Source: Lama guanicoe | Taxonomy: Eukaryota | Direction: 5' to 3' | Length of the DNA stretch: 64,000 nucleotides | Assembly (NCBI GenBank): GCA_013239625.1 | Contig: MU053557.1 | Location: forward strand, 1,805,063 to 1,869,062 | Shown: positions 13,271 to 27,039 of the stretch, one piece after another | How the letters are laid out: every line of letters starts with the position of its first letter | How positions within the stretch are numbered: position 1 is the stretch's first letter | Position numbers and translations under genes: made by a program | The notes under the pieces: model-generated | Databases searched by the model: none | Told to the model about the DNA's origin: nothing | Seen by the model: the letters and a program-made list of their open reading frames with translations, nothing else

Positions 13271-13724
13271 AAAGAAACTGAAATTAGTCTCAGGGTGACT
13301 ACTAAGCCTGCTATCAGAGAAATGGGTGGCTCCGAATGACATTCAGAAACGTTGGGTCTTTTCAGAACGATGACCAGTAATTCAGATTAAGTCAGAAAAA
13401 AAAAAAAATAGGACTTGCTGGATGTTTTAGATCAAGCGTTGTCCCTGATTCAAATGCTAAGGGATATCGAAAACTACATGGAAGGAACAGAAAAGGCTGC
13501 GAGAGACCAGAAGGAGACAGAGCCCAGGAGAGACAGCCTGTGTGCTACACCAACCCCACCGCGCCCTACTCACTGGCCTTTCCTTTTGCCTGTTCTGTTC
13601 AAGACTGTACATATTCCTTTCACCTCAAAAAATGCTTGGCACATATCAACACTCAATAAATAACTGGTGAAAAAATGAATGAATGGCGTCAGGTATGAGT
13701 CATACTCATAATGAGTATGAGATG

Positions 13725-13937
13725 TATCAAATGTTGCCCCAGAAAATCTAAGGTGTTCTATAGGGGCGTCTCCAAAGAATTTGGGGTCGTGGGGGTGCGG
13801 ACAACAGACCTGCAGCCCCCGTCCCAATCTGCTCCCACCTAACTAGAACATCCTTGTTTTATATGTTGGGCGTCTAAGTAAGATTTTTCTTAAAGAGTCT
13901 CATCACTCAAAGGGAAAATGATTTTTTAAATCCCTGG
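13725..13937. mobile_element. hAT-Charlie MER (MER112-like) DNA transposon remnant
   Basis: Internal motif cttgttttatatgttgggcgtctaagtaagatttttc and terminus ttttttaaatccctg. Confidence 0.45.
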
Positions 13938-15029
13938 TATAATAGAAAAAGATTAATCAAGAAGAGAAAAGATTCTAATTCTTCTTATTAGCCATGTGAC
14001 CTCAAACAGGTCACTTAACTTCTCTGAGGCCCAGTTTTATCATTTATAAAATAGTTTCTTGAGTTTGGTTAGATTATGTCTAAGAACCCTTCCAGCTCTA
14101 ACGTAATCTTATTTCATCATTTTCATTATCATCCAATTTTTTTTCCTTCTTTGCATTTTTACTGATTTGTTCTAATTTCTTTACAATGAGCATGTATATT
14201 TTGGTGGGAAGAAGAGATTTATTTTCAAAGGCATATAAATTAAATTAAACTAAAAAAGTCCCTCCCAAGTTTTCCCTGCATTTGCATTTGCTTTTAACAA
14301 AAGCTAGTAGAGATGTTTTTCCACATTCTCGCCTGGGGAGAACAGAATTTAAAGTCATGCTGTAGGGAGAGCTGGAGCCTTTAAAAGCAAGTAATGCTTA
14401 ATCTGTTCTATTTCTGAAGCACAAAATGAAACCAAACAAAAAAGAAAAATAAGCTACCGCTTCGCCAGTGCCAAGTTTCCTCATGCATAAAGAGAGATCC
14501 ATCCAGAAAAACAGCCTTCTCAGTCGGGTGGGACAAATCCTCGTGTGCTTTTGTGGAAAATTCCCAGCAGATCAGCACCAAGGACACTGTGTACAGCAGC
14601 CTCCATGCATGGCCAGAAAACCATGCAAAGATTGTGACATGGTGCCGTGAGCTCTGCTGGGCCCAGTACCTGAGTGAGAAAGTTGTTCTATCTCTGATCT
14701 CATGGAGGAAACACGGCTGACACCTCCCGAGCTGACTACAACACCATCCTGAGCAAAACTAGTGTAGCAGGTCTGATTTTAGACCTCCAGTCTCCACTTT
14801 TTTGGTATCTTCTCCTGGTCCATGAACGCACCAGCTCCATCCCACCACTGTCAGTCTTAGCAGAGCTCAGGTCTGCTTTGCCGTGGATCCATCACTAATC
14901 CTCTCCCCTCCTTCCTTATTAATACCTTAGTCCAGAAGGGACCCTAGCCACAGTCACTCGAAAATAAAATGATGTAGCTTCCTGTCATCTCTCTCATCAG
15001 GAGCAGGGGGAGCTTCTGGGTCCATCTGA

Positions 15030-16130
15030 AGTCAGACATCAGAACTGCCTCACTCTGAAAGTACAAGATGGGGCCTCTTTTTCTTCTTTAGCTACACACT
15101 CCCTCTAGCTAAACCCACCCAAACCCAAGGTTTTAATACCACGTATTAAGGACCTCTCTCTCTCTCCTGGAAATCCACACTCACATAATCAAGTCTTTGT
15201 CATTTCCAGCTGGACATCTAATATGAATCTTTACTACAACCAAAGCAGAACTTGTTTTTATTCTCCAGACAGTCTTCTGTCTTCTTGAGAGTCAACAGCA
15301 TCACCATTCACCTGATGACTCAAGCCAAAATTCTAGGACTTATCTTTGGCTCATTTATTTCCTCCAGGCCCCACAATTCAGCGGCAGGTCCAGGCAACTC
15401 TTCAAAAGAGCCCCAACAACCATTTTTTCCTTCTGCACTGCTCCTACCCTATCCTGAGTCATCTTCATCTCTCCTGCCTAGAACCCCAACTGATCTCCCT
15501 AATTCCACTCTCCCTAAAACCACTTCCCACACAACAGCCAGTTAGATGTTTTTAGAAACAGATCCAAGCAAATCACTCTCCTACTCAAAACCATCCAATG
15601 CTTCCCACCCTGCTTAGAATAAAACAAACACCATGCCCTAGCTTACGAAGTCCCACAGGATCTGATTCCTGCCTCCTCCTCTGACCTCATCCTGCTCCCA
15701 CTTCACCCACCACTTACACAGCCACATACTGGTCCATTTTCCGTACTTCACACCCAACAAGCTGGTTTCTGCTCTAGAGCCTTCGGGTGTTGCAGTTCAC
15801 TCTCCTGAAATGTTCCTTCTCATGATCTTCCCATGGACAGCATCTTGTCACTTGAGCCTTAAAAGGTAAACGTCTCTACAGGGAAGACTTCTTGACGACC
15901 AGTCTAAAGTTGTCAGCATGTCAGACATCACATCATTGCATTTTAATTGTCTGAATAGCACTTATCATTGATATTTTCTTTATTTGTTGGTTTAGGTCTA
16001 AGACTTGCACTCTAATGCAAAACTCAAGAACTTCTACATTGTTCACCAGAGTTCACTAATGTCTATCCGGTGCCTAGAACAAGGTGGGCTCTCAGTAACT
16101 ATCTGTTGAAAGGATGGATGCATAACCCAA
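15030..16130 (+). mobile_element. L2 LINE 3' fragment
   Basis: catcaccattcacctgatgactcaagccaaaattctagg, cacacaacagccagttagatg...atcactctcctactcaaaaccatccaatgcttccc, ending gtgcctagaac...ctcagtaactatctgttgaaaggatggatg. Confidence 0.85.
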
Positions 16131-16984
16131 GGGAGAAAGCAAAGATATTTAAAATGAAGGGAGAGAAAACCATGACGAAGCCTTCAGATTATGTTGGAAA
16201 AAACCATGGTGAGCTACCTCAGCCTTGACTCGTTCCTATCAGAGCCACTCTGGAGTGGGGGACCCCAGTATGCAGATGCTTGGGAACCTCTTTCTCCTTC
16301 AAAGGCAAGTCAAGATTTCTTCTTCTACATTTCTTTTAATTTTATACTGATAAAACATTTTGAAAGACGTCTGAAAACAAAAAGGCAACCCCTGACACCA
16401 TCATCGTAGCAAAGTAACTCTTTCCACATATAAATATTTCCTTAAGTTTTTATTCATAAGCAGATAGAGTTTTCACAAAATTGCAACCAAAGAATATACA
16501 CTATTTTACTGGGTTTTTTTTTTATACTCATTATGGTATCACAAAACCTCTTCCATGCTACTGCAGATCTGAGTATTTCTGTAATAGTAAGAATAGCTAG
16601 CATTTATTGAGGGTCTGCTATTTGCCAGGCATTGTTCAAAGCACTGGTAATACCTTGTTTTATCTGCCCATTAAGTTTTTAAAGTGGGCACTATTATTAC
16701 TTTGTAGATTCCCCTGGTAGGTAAGGCTCTTGCACATATACATTATAGATATCAAAAACAAATTTCAGTGTGGGATGGCTGATAAAACTGACTGTTCCAA
16801 CTCATATACCCATCAATAACGGAATGCTTGAGTCAGCTAGGATGCATCTGGTCTGCGTATACTATACTGCCATTAAAAATAATCACACTGAAATACCTAA
16901 GATGATGCGAAAGGAATATTAAGAGGAAAAAGAAAGAATCACAATATGCTTATTATGACCCCATTACTAATTATTTTAAAAAGT

Positions 16985-17285
16985 CATGTGCAGCTAAGTA
17001 AAAAAAGATTGCATATTGTTTGATTCCACTTACATGCCATATCCAAACTACACAAATCCACAATGACAGCAAGTTTTTTAGTGGCAGTCAGAGGCTGTGG
17101 AAAGGGAGAAACGGTGTGACTATTAACAGGTATGGGGTTTCTTTGGGGGTGATAAAAATGTTCTGAAAGTAGGTAGTGACAATGGTTGTATAACTTTCTG
17201 AAAATACTAAAACCCAATGAATTGTACACTTTAAAATGCTGAATTTTATGGTATGAGTTGTATGTCAATAAAGAATGTATCTTAA
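16985..17285 (+). mobile_element. L1MB-like 3'UTR fragment within older L1ME-like sequence (~16770-17560)
   Basis: ggtatggggtttctttgggggtgataaaaatgttctg...aatgaattgtacactttaaaatgctgaattttatggtatgagttgtatgtcaataaa. Confidence 0.8.
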
Positions 17286-17919
17286 AAGTAACTGAAGGAA
17301 AAAATTGTGCAACAGATATACTTATGTATTTAAATATAAAGAAAGGGGGATGAAAGATGCACAGAAAACTGTCGACAACAGAAGGAAAGGGAAGTGGACA
17401 CAAATAAGATAAAAGGAGACGCTTGTGTTCTGTCTAGTTTTACATCATTTGAATCATATGACTTGAATCATTTATAACTAAAATGTTTTAATGTGTTACT
17501 TAAAGTAACAAATTGTGTAATAAAAACAATGACAAGAAAAAATTAATTCAAATCGAGTAAGTAAGTTAGACAATGTTTGAGTTTTGTTAGTTCACCAAGA
17601 TCAACAGATACTATACAAAAGAGAAGATTTCAGAGAAATGTCTTTCCTCCTTAGTTCATTTGGCCTTCGAAGGCTGAATACTTTCTCCTCTTTGTTACGA
17701 AGAATGACTTTTTTTTGGATTCATAATAAGTTTTAACACAATACTATCTTAAAATACATACACACACACAGGTGCTGCTCAACTCTCTAATAATCACACT
17801 GGATAGTACATGTAAGAATAATTGAAGTTCATGGGCAGCAGAGAACAAATCTAACACTGCTGTCTTTTCTTTTATTTTACTCAAGTATAAAATAAAATGC
17901 TCAAAATGCCATGGTGAGA

Positions 17920-18880
17920 AAGAGAAGCATTATTGATAGATTATATATGATCACCTACTTAGAAAAACCAACTTAATCTAAATACAAACTATTAGAAAAA
18001 ATCAGAGCTTAGCAGTGTTGTTGATATATGAGTGACCTACAAAAATCAATGGTGTACCTCAACACCAGCAATAACCAATAGAAAATATAGTGAACAGGAA
18101 GAGCAATAAACCTTAAATATTTAGGAATTCAGCTAAGGAATAAAATTCAATACCTCTCTAGAAAAATAATTTTAAAATCTAATAAAGGACATCAAAAATA
18201 ATCAGAATAAATGGAAATTATAGTCATTTTTAAAATGTAACTATTCCCATCACTAACCAATAAACTCCCAAACTTCAACCTGAACACCTTTGAGAAATTT
18301 ATCATATTTACTGTAAAATTTACATGGAAGAAAAAAGGTCAACGCATTAGCTAACTATAAAACAGAAAATTTTAAAGTTGGCCACCAGATATAAAGACAC
18401 GCCATAAAGCTGTAGTAACAGAGAAATAGACCAATGGGACAGAGTAAGTATCTTGGAAACACAGTCATGTGTATATGAATACCCCATGTATGACAAAACG
18501 CATATAAATAAAAAAAATTGATTGTTTACAAGAAGGTATAAGAAAAACTCATCCACTACATGGAGGAAAATAAAACTGGATCCCTTCCTAACACCATTTA
18601 AAAAGCAAAACTCTTGACAGGTTTGAGATAAAAAAGGCAACAAATGGAGTATAATCTGCAAAAACACTGAATCACTATGCTGTACACCTGAACTAATATA
18701 CTAATATAATATTGTAAATCAGCTAAGCTTCAATTTTTAAAAATGCATAAAGGCAACAGAACTATAAGGTTAACTGAAGAAAATATCTCGGACTTGGTAA
18801 ATAAAGAAAATAAATTAGGTCTATGTTATGGAGGGGGAGGTGATTTATTTGGTTGCCTCACATTTAAGGATCTCTGCTTC
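17920..18880 (+). mobile_element. Old L1 ORF2 fragment
   Basis: caaaaatcaatggtgtacctcaacaccagcaataacc, aaatagaccaatgggacagagt, aataaaactggatcccttcctaacacc. Confidence 0.8.
18643..18748 (+). mobile_element. Short lineage-specific L1 3' end nested in older L1, with TSD
   Basis: ctgaatcactatgctgtacacctgaactaat...ttgtaaatcagctaagcttcaat; direct repeat aaaggcaaca at 18633-18642 and 18749-18758. Confidence 0.8.
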
Positions 18881-20936
18881 TGGATGGGCTGAGGAAGACG
18901 GTGGCACCTAGGTCAGAATCACTCCACAAACTATACGTATTAACCAGAAGAACAAATACTACCACAGAAAACCCATCTCTTCAGCCTAACTAGAAGGTGG
19001 GGGACACCAGGTCCCACTGAAAGCATCTGTGGAGAGGGAGAGAAGTCCAAGAAAACCGGGGGAGGAGAGAGAAGTGTTGTTGTTTCACATCCTTGGAAGT
19101 TCCCCTGAAACTCAAAACTAGCCCCCAATACAGAACTTACCCACGAGGTTTGTCCTGGGCAGCCCACAAGGCAAGATCTCTAACCCCACCTGCCAGAATC
19201 TTAAAAGTTTATGTAGAGGCCTTAACTGAATTCAGTCATGTGGACCACCCAGTCTCAACAACACAGTAAAACGCATACTCCAGGGAGAGGGGAGGGGACA
19301 CGGCCTCTCCCACTGCCGGTCCGGCTGGAGGGTCAACTGGCAGTCACGATCTCCTCCAACGGAGGTGGGTTGCCTAAAATTGAATTAAAATCACCTCCAG
19401 AAAAAGAAAGTCCATACTAGTCATGAGAAAACTTAGTAATAGTAACAACTATAGGGAAGAGACTTCAAGGTGTGCAGGGCCCAAGGTGGCAGCCCCAGAA
19501 AGGCACAACATTTGAAGAGGGAAAAAAAGAAACCACTTTAGAGACTGCAGCGGTGAGGATAAAAGAAGCGTACGAAAGAAATGTGGTACTCTAGCTGACA
19601 GAAGAAAATTTAAAAATTGGGGAATACACTGCAACTGTGCCACTCTGACAGATACACATAGATGACAGACAGACAGACATTAAAGAAGCTGTACTTCACA
19701 TAGAAGTGACAGCTCTTGAATTTAACACCTGTAATCTTCCCCAATTCTCAAGCTGATCCACAAAATAGATTCCAAACCAGTGTACATTTATACATACTTG
19801 GAATAAAATCAAACTTAAAATTGAAACAATTAAACTAGTAAAATTTCCCCCACACCAGCCTAAAAACAACAAAGAGCAGAAGAAACTAACACAACATTCC
19901 AAACCAAATCCAGTATTTTCAAGCAAACATGTGGGAATATGAAAAAATACCTTAAATCACATGATCAAAATCTAAGGATCAGAAATGGCCATAAAACAGG
20001 AAGAAATAAAGGCTGACAGAAAGAAATGGAAAAAGAAAAATCATCTCTGAAATGAAAAATTAAATTACAAGTTGTGCTGGGAAGATTATATTTGAACGAA
20101 CACTTAATAAGAAGAAATGAAGAAAAGTAGAAAAACAACCAATAAAAATAAGATTAAAAAAAACATTTAAAAGGGTCAAAAAGAAAGTACTTTAGCTGGA
20201 AGACACACAAAGGAGATTTGATTACACATGATCAGACTTTCTGAGAAAGAAAAGAAAAACCCAATGGAATAGAACTAGTATTTTAAAATATAATCCATGA
20301 AAACTTTCAGGAAATGATAAAATATCTCAATCAATATACTAAACGGGCCCACCAGGAACCTGGAAAAGTTCAGCCGGGATGATCAACCCTCAGATCTACC
20401 TAGTAAACCTATTCAACTTTTCATATAAAGGGAAAAAAACCTCAGGTCTCCAGGCAGGCAAAAAGACTAAAATTTTTGAAACAGCAAAAGAATTTAACTG
20501 GTATCAATATTCTCAAGAGCAACATACAAATCAAGGCAAGAAGCAAGCAACATTAGCCAAGAAAATCAAGGGGGAAAATGTGAACCAAGGATTTTATATC
20601 TAGCTAAGCTGTTGTTCAGTATCAAGACATAGGTAAGAAGTAAACACTAAAAAACAGTTTTACACATTCAAGAACATGGAGAATTCTGTATTCATGAATC
20701 CTTGAAGAATCTGCTAGAGGCTGAATTTCATCCAACCAAGTTATGACTGAGGAAATTTAGGCAAAAGAAGTGATGGAGAGGATGTAACATACTTAATTTG
20801 ATTTAAGATTAAAACAAAATTGGAGAAAAGAGCCGAAAAGTATAAAATGCAGTATGATTTGACAAAGTAAATTTGTGAATCAAAGTAGAGAAAGGAGAGG
20901 GGAAATGGAAAGGAGAATAAATTCACTAACGTTGCA

Positions 20937-21426
20937 CAGAAGTGGTCCTCAAATCTTTTGGCCTCCCAAATCCCTGTACTTCTAAAATTTTTGAGAATCT
21001 CAGAAAATCTTTGTTTGAGTTACATGTATCAATATTTTCCATATTAGAAATTAAAACTGAGAAGATATTTAAAATAATAATAAGCTTATTACATGAAAAC
21101 ATAAATAACATTTTTATGAAAAATAATACTGTGCCCAAAAAATACAGTAAGAGTGGCATCATTTCACATTTTTGGAAATTCCTTTAAGGTCTCACTTATT
21201 AGAAGACAGCTGGACTTTCATATGTGTTTCACACTTTTCATAAGCCATTAGAGGAACAACAACATCACACATCATGCAGCCTCTGGAAGGTGAAGTTCAT
21301 GTGCACTCATGAGAAAGCAAGAGTGCAACAGCAAAGTCTTGGCGCTATTAGGAAAATATTTTCGCCATCATAGCCTTCCTGAAAGGGTTTCAGGGGCCGC
21401 CAATGAACCACACTTTGAGAACATCT
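20937..21426. mobile_element. hAT-Charlie (Charlie1-like) DNA transposon derivative nested in L1
   Basis: Imperfect TIRs cagaagtggtcctcaaa ... ccacactttgagaacatctg; internal catattagaaattaaaactgag and aagagtggcatcatttcacatttttgg. Confidence 0.75.
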
Positions 21427-21454
21427 GTTGTACAGATAAAAGTGACGAGTCAAA

Positions 21455-21700
21455 GGAATACATTGGAATTAACAGATACACACTATTATATGTAAAATAG
21501 ATAAACAAGAACCTACTTTATAGCCCAAAAACTATACTCAAATTTTTTGTAATAAACTATAATGGAAAAGAATCTGAATATCTGTATGTATACATCTGTG
21601 TATATAAATAAACATATATATATATCACTGAACCGCTTTGCTGTACACCTGAAATTAATATTGTAGATCAACTACACTTCAATGAAAAAGAAAAAAAAAC
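21455..21700 (+). mobile_element. Lineage-specific L1 3' end
   Basis: attaacagatacacactattatatgtaaaatagataaacaag...tttgctgtacacctgaaattaat...tcaactacacttcaat + A tail. Confidence 0.85.
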
Positions 21701-23774
21701 TGACACACCAGATAAAGGCTAAGAAAACAGCGGAGAAGGGCATTTAAAAAGGTGTAAGTACAGAGGTTTTCAATAAATACCTAAGCCTAATATAAAAAAA
21801 GATTTTTTCAATTAAAAGCCAAAGTAAACACACCATCTCGAGAAACAGAGAAACTTTAATAAAATGATATAATTACAACTGAAATAAAGTAACAGCACAG
21901 AGACCCAACATAACAAGCATATTAATAAAAGGAAACTGGCTTAATTCATCTTTCCAAAGAGGAATATTTCCAAAATGACTGATAAAGAAATATCAAGTCT
22001 ATGATGTGCATAAGAGTCACAACTGAAAAAAAAAGTGATTCCAAAAGGCTAAACATAAACGGATGGATATAGGTATAATTGGCCAATGAAATCAGTAAGA
22101 AAGTGTTCATAATCTTGGTATCACACAAAAAGTAGGATACAAGCCATAAAAAAAAAACTGTGACAAAAAGGATAATGTTAATGCTAAAAGCTATAATTCA
22201 AAACAGAGATATATAACATTTAGAAACATCTATACAACAAATAACACATGAATCATCATTATAGAGCAGAAACTACAGGAAAATCAAGTCAAAATACACG
22301 AAAGTACCCTGATAGACTTCAGCAAACTCCTTTCATTATAACACAGGTCAAGTGGACAAAAAATCAATAGGGCTATAGAACACATAAACATTCTCACTGA
22401 AACAGATCTTATTGAAACATATCAAACATTAAATCCTGATAAAAGAACATATGTATTCCTCTCAAGCATGCATAAAACATTTACAAAATTGATCAACTAT
22501 TAGGTCACAAAGAAAACATCACTAAGTCACATGGAGAAAAAATATTATAAACAGCACTCCCTAATTAAAATGCAATTAAATCAGCAATTAATAACAATAT
22601 TTAAAAATAAGAAAACTTTCACTTGGGAATTAAAATTTTTCTCTTTAAGAAAATTAAATGAAAGAGGAAATATAATCTCAAATTTCAAAATTCCTAAAAT
22701 GTAATGTTAATGAAAATACTACATGGCAGAATGTATGGAATACATTCAAGCAGTAATCGGAAGAAAATAATCGATTTCTAAAACTTACTGCAAACTAAAA
22801 ATGTATTTTTTAACTCTAAGAGAACCGAGACATAAGGGGGCCTGCCACAATAGTATGAGGTTACTCCCAAAAACTGCTTTTTAAAAGAATAAAAAAAGTT
22901 AATCAAAATAAAGCACAATGATGAAAATAGATAAAAATAAAAATTAATGAAGAGAAAACCAAGAAATCTAATAAATCAAATCCTTATTCTTGAATATTAA
23001 GTAGGTATCACTAGATCACCTGATTAAGAAAAAAAGAAGGCACAAGTATAAAAAGTAAAAAAAAAAAACACCAGACCACTGAGACCAAAAAAACTTCTAA
23101 AATCAGGAGATTATTTTGCATAACTATGTGCAAATAAATTTGAACACCTGTATTAAATAATTTGATGAAATGCAGTTTACCAAAGTTGACTCAAGTAGAC
23201 TTACAAAGCATTTTAAATGGGCCAATGTTTACAGAAAAAAAAAAATTTATCAAGGCAATACTCCAAGAAAAGCACCAGGCCCAGATGGTTTCACAAGGAA
23301 ATTTTAACTGTCAATAACCAGATAGTGCCAATGTTAAAAAAAAACAAAAACAAATAAACTGTTCTAAACATAGAAAATGAAGAAAAACAACTTTCAAAGT
23401 CATTTTATGAAGCAAATATTGATACCCAAATAAGCTATAGTTCAAAATTTTTTTAACTCGAAGTAGAAACTGGTATAATTTACAAATATCTATGCAAATG
23501 TTATTTGTTAGCAAACAGAATTCATCACACTATGAATATACAATAACCAAACAGGATTTCTTCTATGAATACAAGGTACACTCAATGTAGGAAATCTATT
23601 AGCATAAAATAACAAGTCTGAGAAAAATCATTGTTACTATTTTGATAAATTCTAGGAACTTCACTTTAAAAAGTCAACACCTATTCATAGTAAACACACA
23701 TGCACTCACACATACCATGACCCCAAAGCCACAATCTTACTTAGTAAAAAAGCACTACAGTTATGCACAAGAGT

Positions 23775-24304
23775 TGTACTTCTCACATGGTCCCAAAGAT
23801 CCCCGTCTCCACGTATTCAATTCTTTGAATAGATCCCACCCACCCATACTGAATAGTGCTGATCTGTTTACCCAATTATACAAATTATGGAAATGATGTT
23901 TTTATAACTTATCATTGGATGTCAAACAACTGTTTCCATCTTGTTCTCCCTTTTGGATCTTGTATCCAGTGGAAGCCAGCTGCCATGTTGTGAGGACACT
24001 TAGGCAGCCCTACGGAGAGCATCACACGGTGAGAAACCATGGCCTCCCGCTAACAGTCATCACCAGCTTGCCAGCCACACAAGCGAGCCATTTTAGAAGC
24101 ACCAGTGAGTGAAGCCTCAGGTGTCTGCAGCCCCAACCACCATCTTGACTACTACTTCATCAGAAGCCCCCAAGCCAGAACCACCCTGCTAGGACACTCC
24201 TAAATTCCTGACCTACAGCACATGTGACATAATAAATGTTGATTATTGTTTTAAGCCACTAAGTTTAGAGGTAATTTGTTATGCAGCAATAGATAACAAG
24301 AACA
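23775..24304 (+). mobile_element. MLT1F-like MaLR solo LTR nested in L1
   Basis: gaagccagctgccatgttgtgagg...taataaatgttgattattgttttaagccactaagtttagaggtaatttgttatgcagcaatagataac. Confidence 0.85.
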
Positions 24305-25513
24305 ACCTATATGAGAAAAATCTTAAAAATTACTGAAAGACACAAAGTCAAATTTGAACAAATGAAGGAGCCCTTGTTCTTAGACAGGACAACTAAACGT
24401 CATAAAAAGATCACTTCTCTCTACACTATAAACTTAAGGCAATAATAAAAACACCAATAAGCTTTTTTTTTTTATGAAGCTAGGTAAGCTCCAACAAAAG
24501 TTCATAGGAAAAAATAAACATGAATGAATAGCCAGAAAAACCATGAAAAAACAAAGTTATGAAAAGGAACTAACCCCACCAGGTACTAAAACATTCTATA
24601 AAGTTTCTATAATTAAAATAGTATAGTATTGGCCCACAAACAGGTAGACAGGCTGGTGCAATAGAACAGAATGCCCAGATAGAGAACCAAGTATATATGG
24701 AAATTTAGTACATATGAAAACTTAACATATAATAAAGAAGGCTTTCAAACCCATGGGCAAAGATGGACTTTTAAAAAGTGATACTGGGATAACTAGATAG
24801 TCTTTTGGGAAAATATACAATTAAATGCAATATCCACATTATATGTAAAAATAAACTAAATGGATCCAGAGAGCTAAATGTGAAAAATAAAACTATACAA
24901 ATACTAGAAGAAAACATAGTTGAATTCATCTGTAATGTGAGTCTAAGAAAAGTACCTAAGATCTAAAATCCAGCTGAAAAAAAATTAAGATAAATTTGAC
25001 TATATAAAAACTTTTAAATATTTTTCATGAAAAAAAATAGCACAACCAAAGTAAAATGACAGAAGACAAACTGGGAAAAAAACATTTGCAGAATGTATCA
25101 CAGATAAGAAAATATTATTCTTAATATACTTAAGAACTGTTAAAGGGGAAAATGACCACAACTTCAACAGAACCTTGAATTAAAGGCATAAGGAAACAAC
25201 TCATGAGAAAGATATACAATGGTCCTTAGTCATACAGAACTGTTTCAATTTTACTCATAAGAAAAAAGCAAATAAAATTACACTGAGATACCACTTCTAT
25301 CTAAATGGAGCAAGAACACAGAGATGGTTCTGAAGCAATCTGAGTGCAGCATCCCTCTTGACTTTCACAATCTCCCCCAAATTCTATAGTTTTCTAGCCC
25401 ACATTCTAATTCCAAAGCAATTTTTTTTCAATTTAATATAATGAGTCTTTCCAGTAGAAGAAACCAGGTTTCATAAAAACACCCTCTCCCCGCCTTCTGC
25501 CAGACATCAATAG

Positions 25514-26149
25514 TTGTGCTAAGCAGAACAACGGTCCTCCAGAGATGCCCACGCTCTAATCCTCAGAACCTACGGATATGTTACTTTACACGGCAAAAGG
25601 GATTTTGCGGGTGTGATTACATCAAAGATCTTGAGCTGGGCAGATTGTGCTGGATTACCTGGGGGGCCTAATGTAATCACAAGTTTCCTTGTGAAACAGA
25701 GAGGTGAAGAGTAATTTGAAAATACTATGCTGGTGGCTCTGAAGATAAAGGAGACAGCCACAGTCAAGGAATGCAGGTATTCCTACTGTAGAGCCCAGGG
25801 AACTATATTCAATACCTTCTAGTAACCTACAATGAAAAAGAATACATGTATGTAAATGTATCACTAAAGTATTGTGCTGTACACCAGAAATTGACACAAC
25901 ATTGTAAACTGACTATATTTCAATAAAAAAATGTTAAATAAATTTTTTTTAAAAAAGGAATGCAGGTGTCCTTTGGAAGCCGGACAAAGCAAGGAAGAGA
26001 TCCTCACTTAGAGCTAAGAAAGGCATGTAGCCCTGCTGGCACCTTAACTTTAGTCCAATGAAACCCATTTCAGACCGACCTCTAGTAAGATAATAAATTT
26101 GTATTGTTTTAAGCCACTGGGTCTACAGCAGCAATAGAAAATGAATACA
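25514..26149 (+). mobile_element. MLT1D-like MaLR solo LTR, split by an L1 insertion
   Basis: atatgttactttacacggcaaaagggattttgcgggtgtgatta...ataataaatttgtattgttttaagccact...cagcagcaatagaaaatgaataca. Confidence 0.85.
25779..25954 (+). mobile_element. Lineage-specific L1 3' end with perfect 13-bp TSD
   Basis: agggaactatattcaataccttctagtaacctacaatgaaaaagaata...gctgtacaccagaaattgacacaacattgtaaactgactat; TSD aaggaatgcaggt at 25766-25778 and 25955-25967. Confidence 0.9.
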
Positions 26150-26429
26150 TCAGTTCACAAAATAGTTAAGTAATTCTAACTGTAATGAGCATAAACCGAT
26201 TGGGGAATAAATGCAAGTTACCCTTGCAATTCAGCATATAATTCAACTTTTGAGACCAGAAGTCGACAAGTGAATGATGAGGTATACTGGCAGTGACTAT
26301 TTAGGATGCTGTGGCAACACCACTCAGCATGATTTATGGGAAAATGGAGAGCATTCATTCATATAGCCAACAAGCCTCTTAATCCAGAAAGGAAGCGTCT
26401 ATTCCAGCGGCTACCTTTTTTGAGTGGTC

Positions 26430-26630
26430 ATTATATGCCAGGCACTGTGCTAATTATTTTACAGCAATTCTATAAATCAATATTCTTTTCAATTATATTT
26501 CACCCATGAGAAAACCTAAATTCAGAGTGCTTAAATAACTTGTCTCAGACCACTTCATTAGTGAATGGCAGACTTACGAGCCAACGCTTGCTCTGTGATC
26601 CGTCTGATTCCAAAGGCTAGACTCTTAAGG
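26430..26630 (-). mobile_element. MIR SINE
   Basis: tatatgccaggcactgtgcta...catgagaaaacctaaattcagagtgcttaaataacttgtc...gtctgattccaaag. Confidence 0.75.
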
Positions 26631-27039
26631 TCTTTCCCAAACCTGAGTTTCTACGCTTCCCAGATGCCAACCCCAACAGCTTCTTTTACAGATGAAAAAA
26701 CTAAATTAGTCTAACCCGTTCTAGCTCTATCCCCAAAGTAGTCAAAACCATAGCAAGAAACGGAATAATCAAACAGGGTAATTTGAAAGGAACTGAATAA
26801 AGGACTTTTCACAAGATCTGTTTTTACACACACTCAGAAACACATCAAGTGAGTCAAAATGGAAGCTTATTCCACATCAGGGAAAGAAGGCAAATAAGAT
26901 CGCATGAGAATGACATGACATGTACAGAGTATAGCTTGTAGTTAGGAAGTATAAACCAAGGGATATACAGACTTTTCTCTTTCATGTATCGAGCATCACA
27001 TGGCATTAGTAAGAAATTTCATTTGAGATTATGATAAAT

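Larger units (their letters stand above)
18890..25310 (+). mobile_element. Long decayed L1 (5' region, ORF1 and ORF2 remnants) with nested insertions
   Basis: A-rich. ORF1-like segments (taatccatgaaaactttcagg, gtgaaccaaggattttatatctagctaagctg) and ORF2-like segments (aagcaccaggcccagatggtttcacaaggaatt, gtatagtattggcccacaaac, gactatataaaaacttttaa, ctgagataccacttc). No intact frame. Confidence 0.85.

Noticed and set aside
26270..26345. ATGATGA C-box-like motif suggesting a C/D snoRNA
   Set aside because: No CTGA D box or terminal stem at a suitable distance, and it is on the strand opposite the inferred host transcription.
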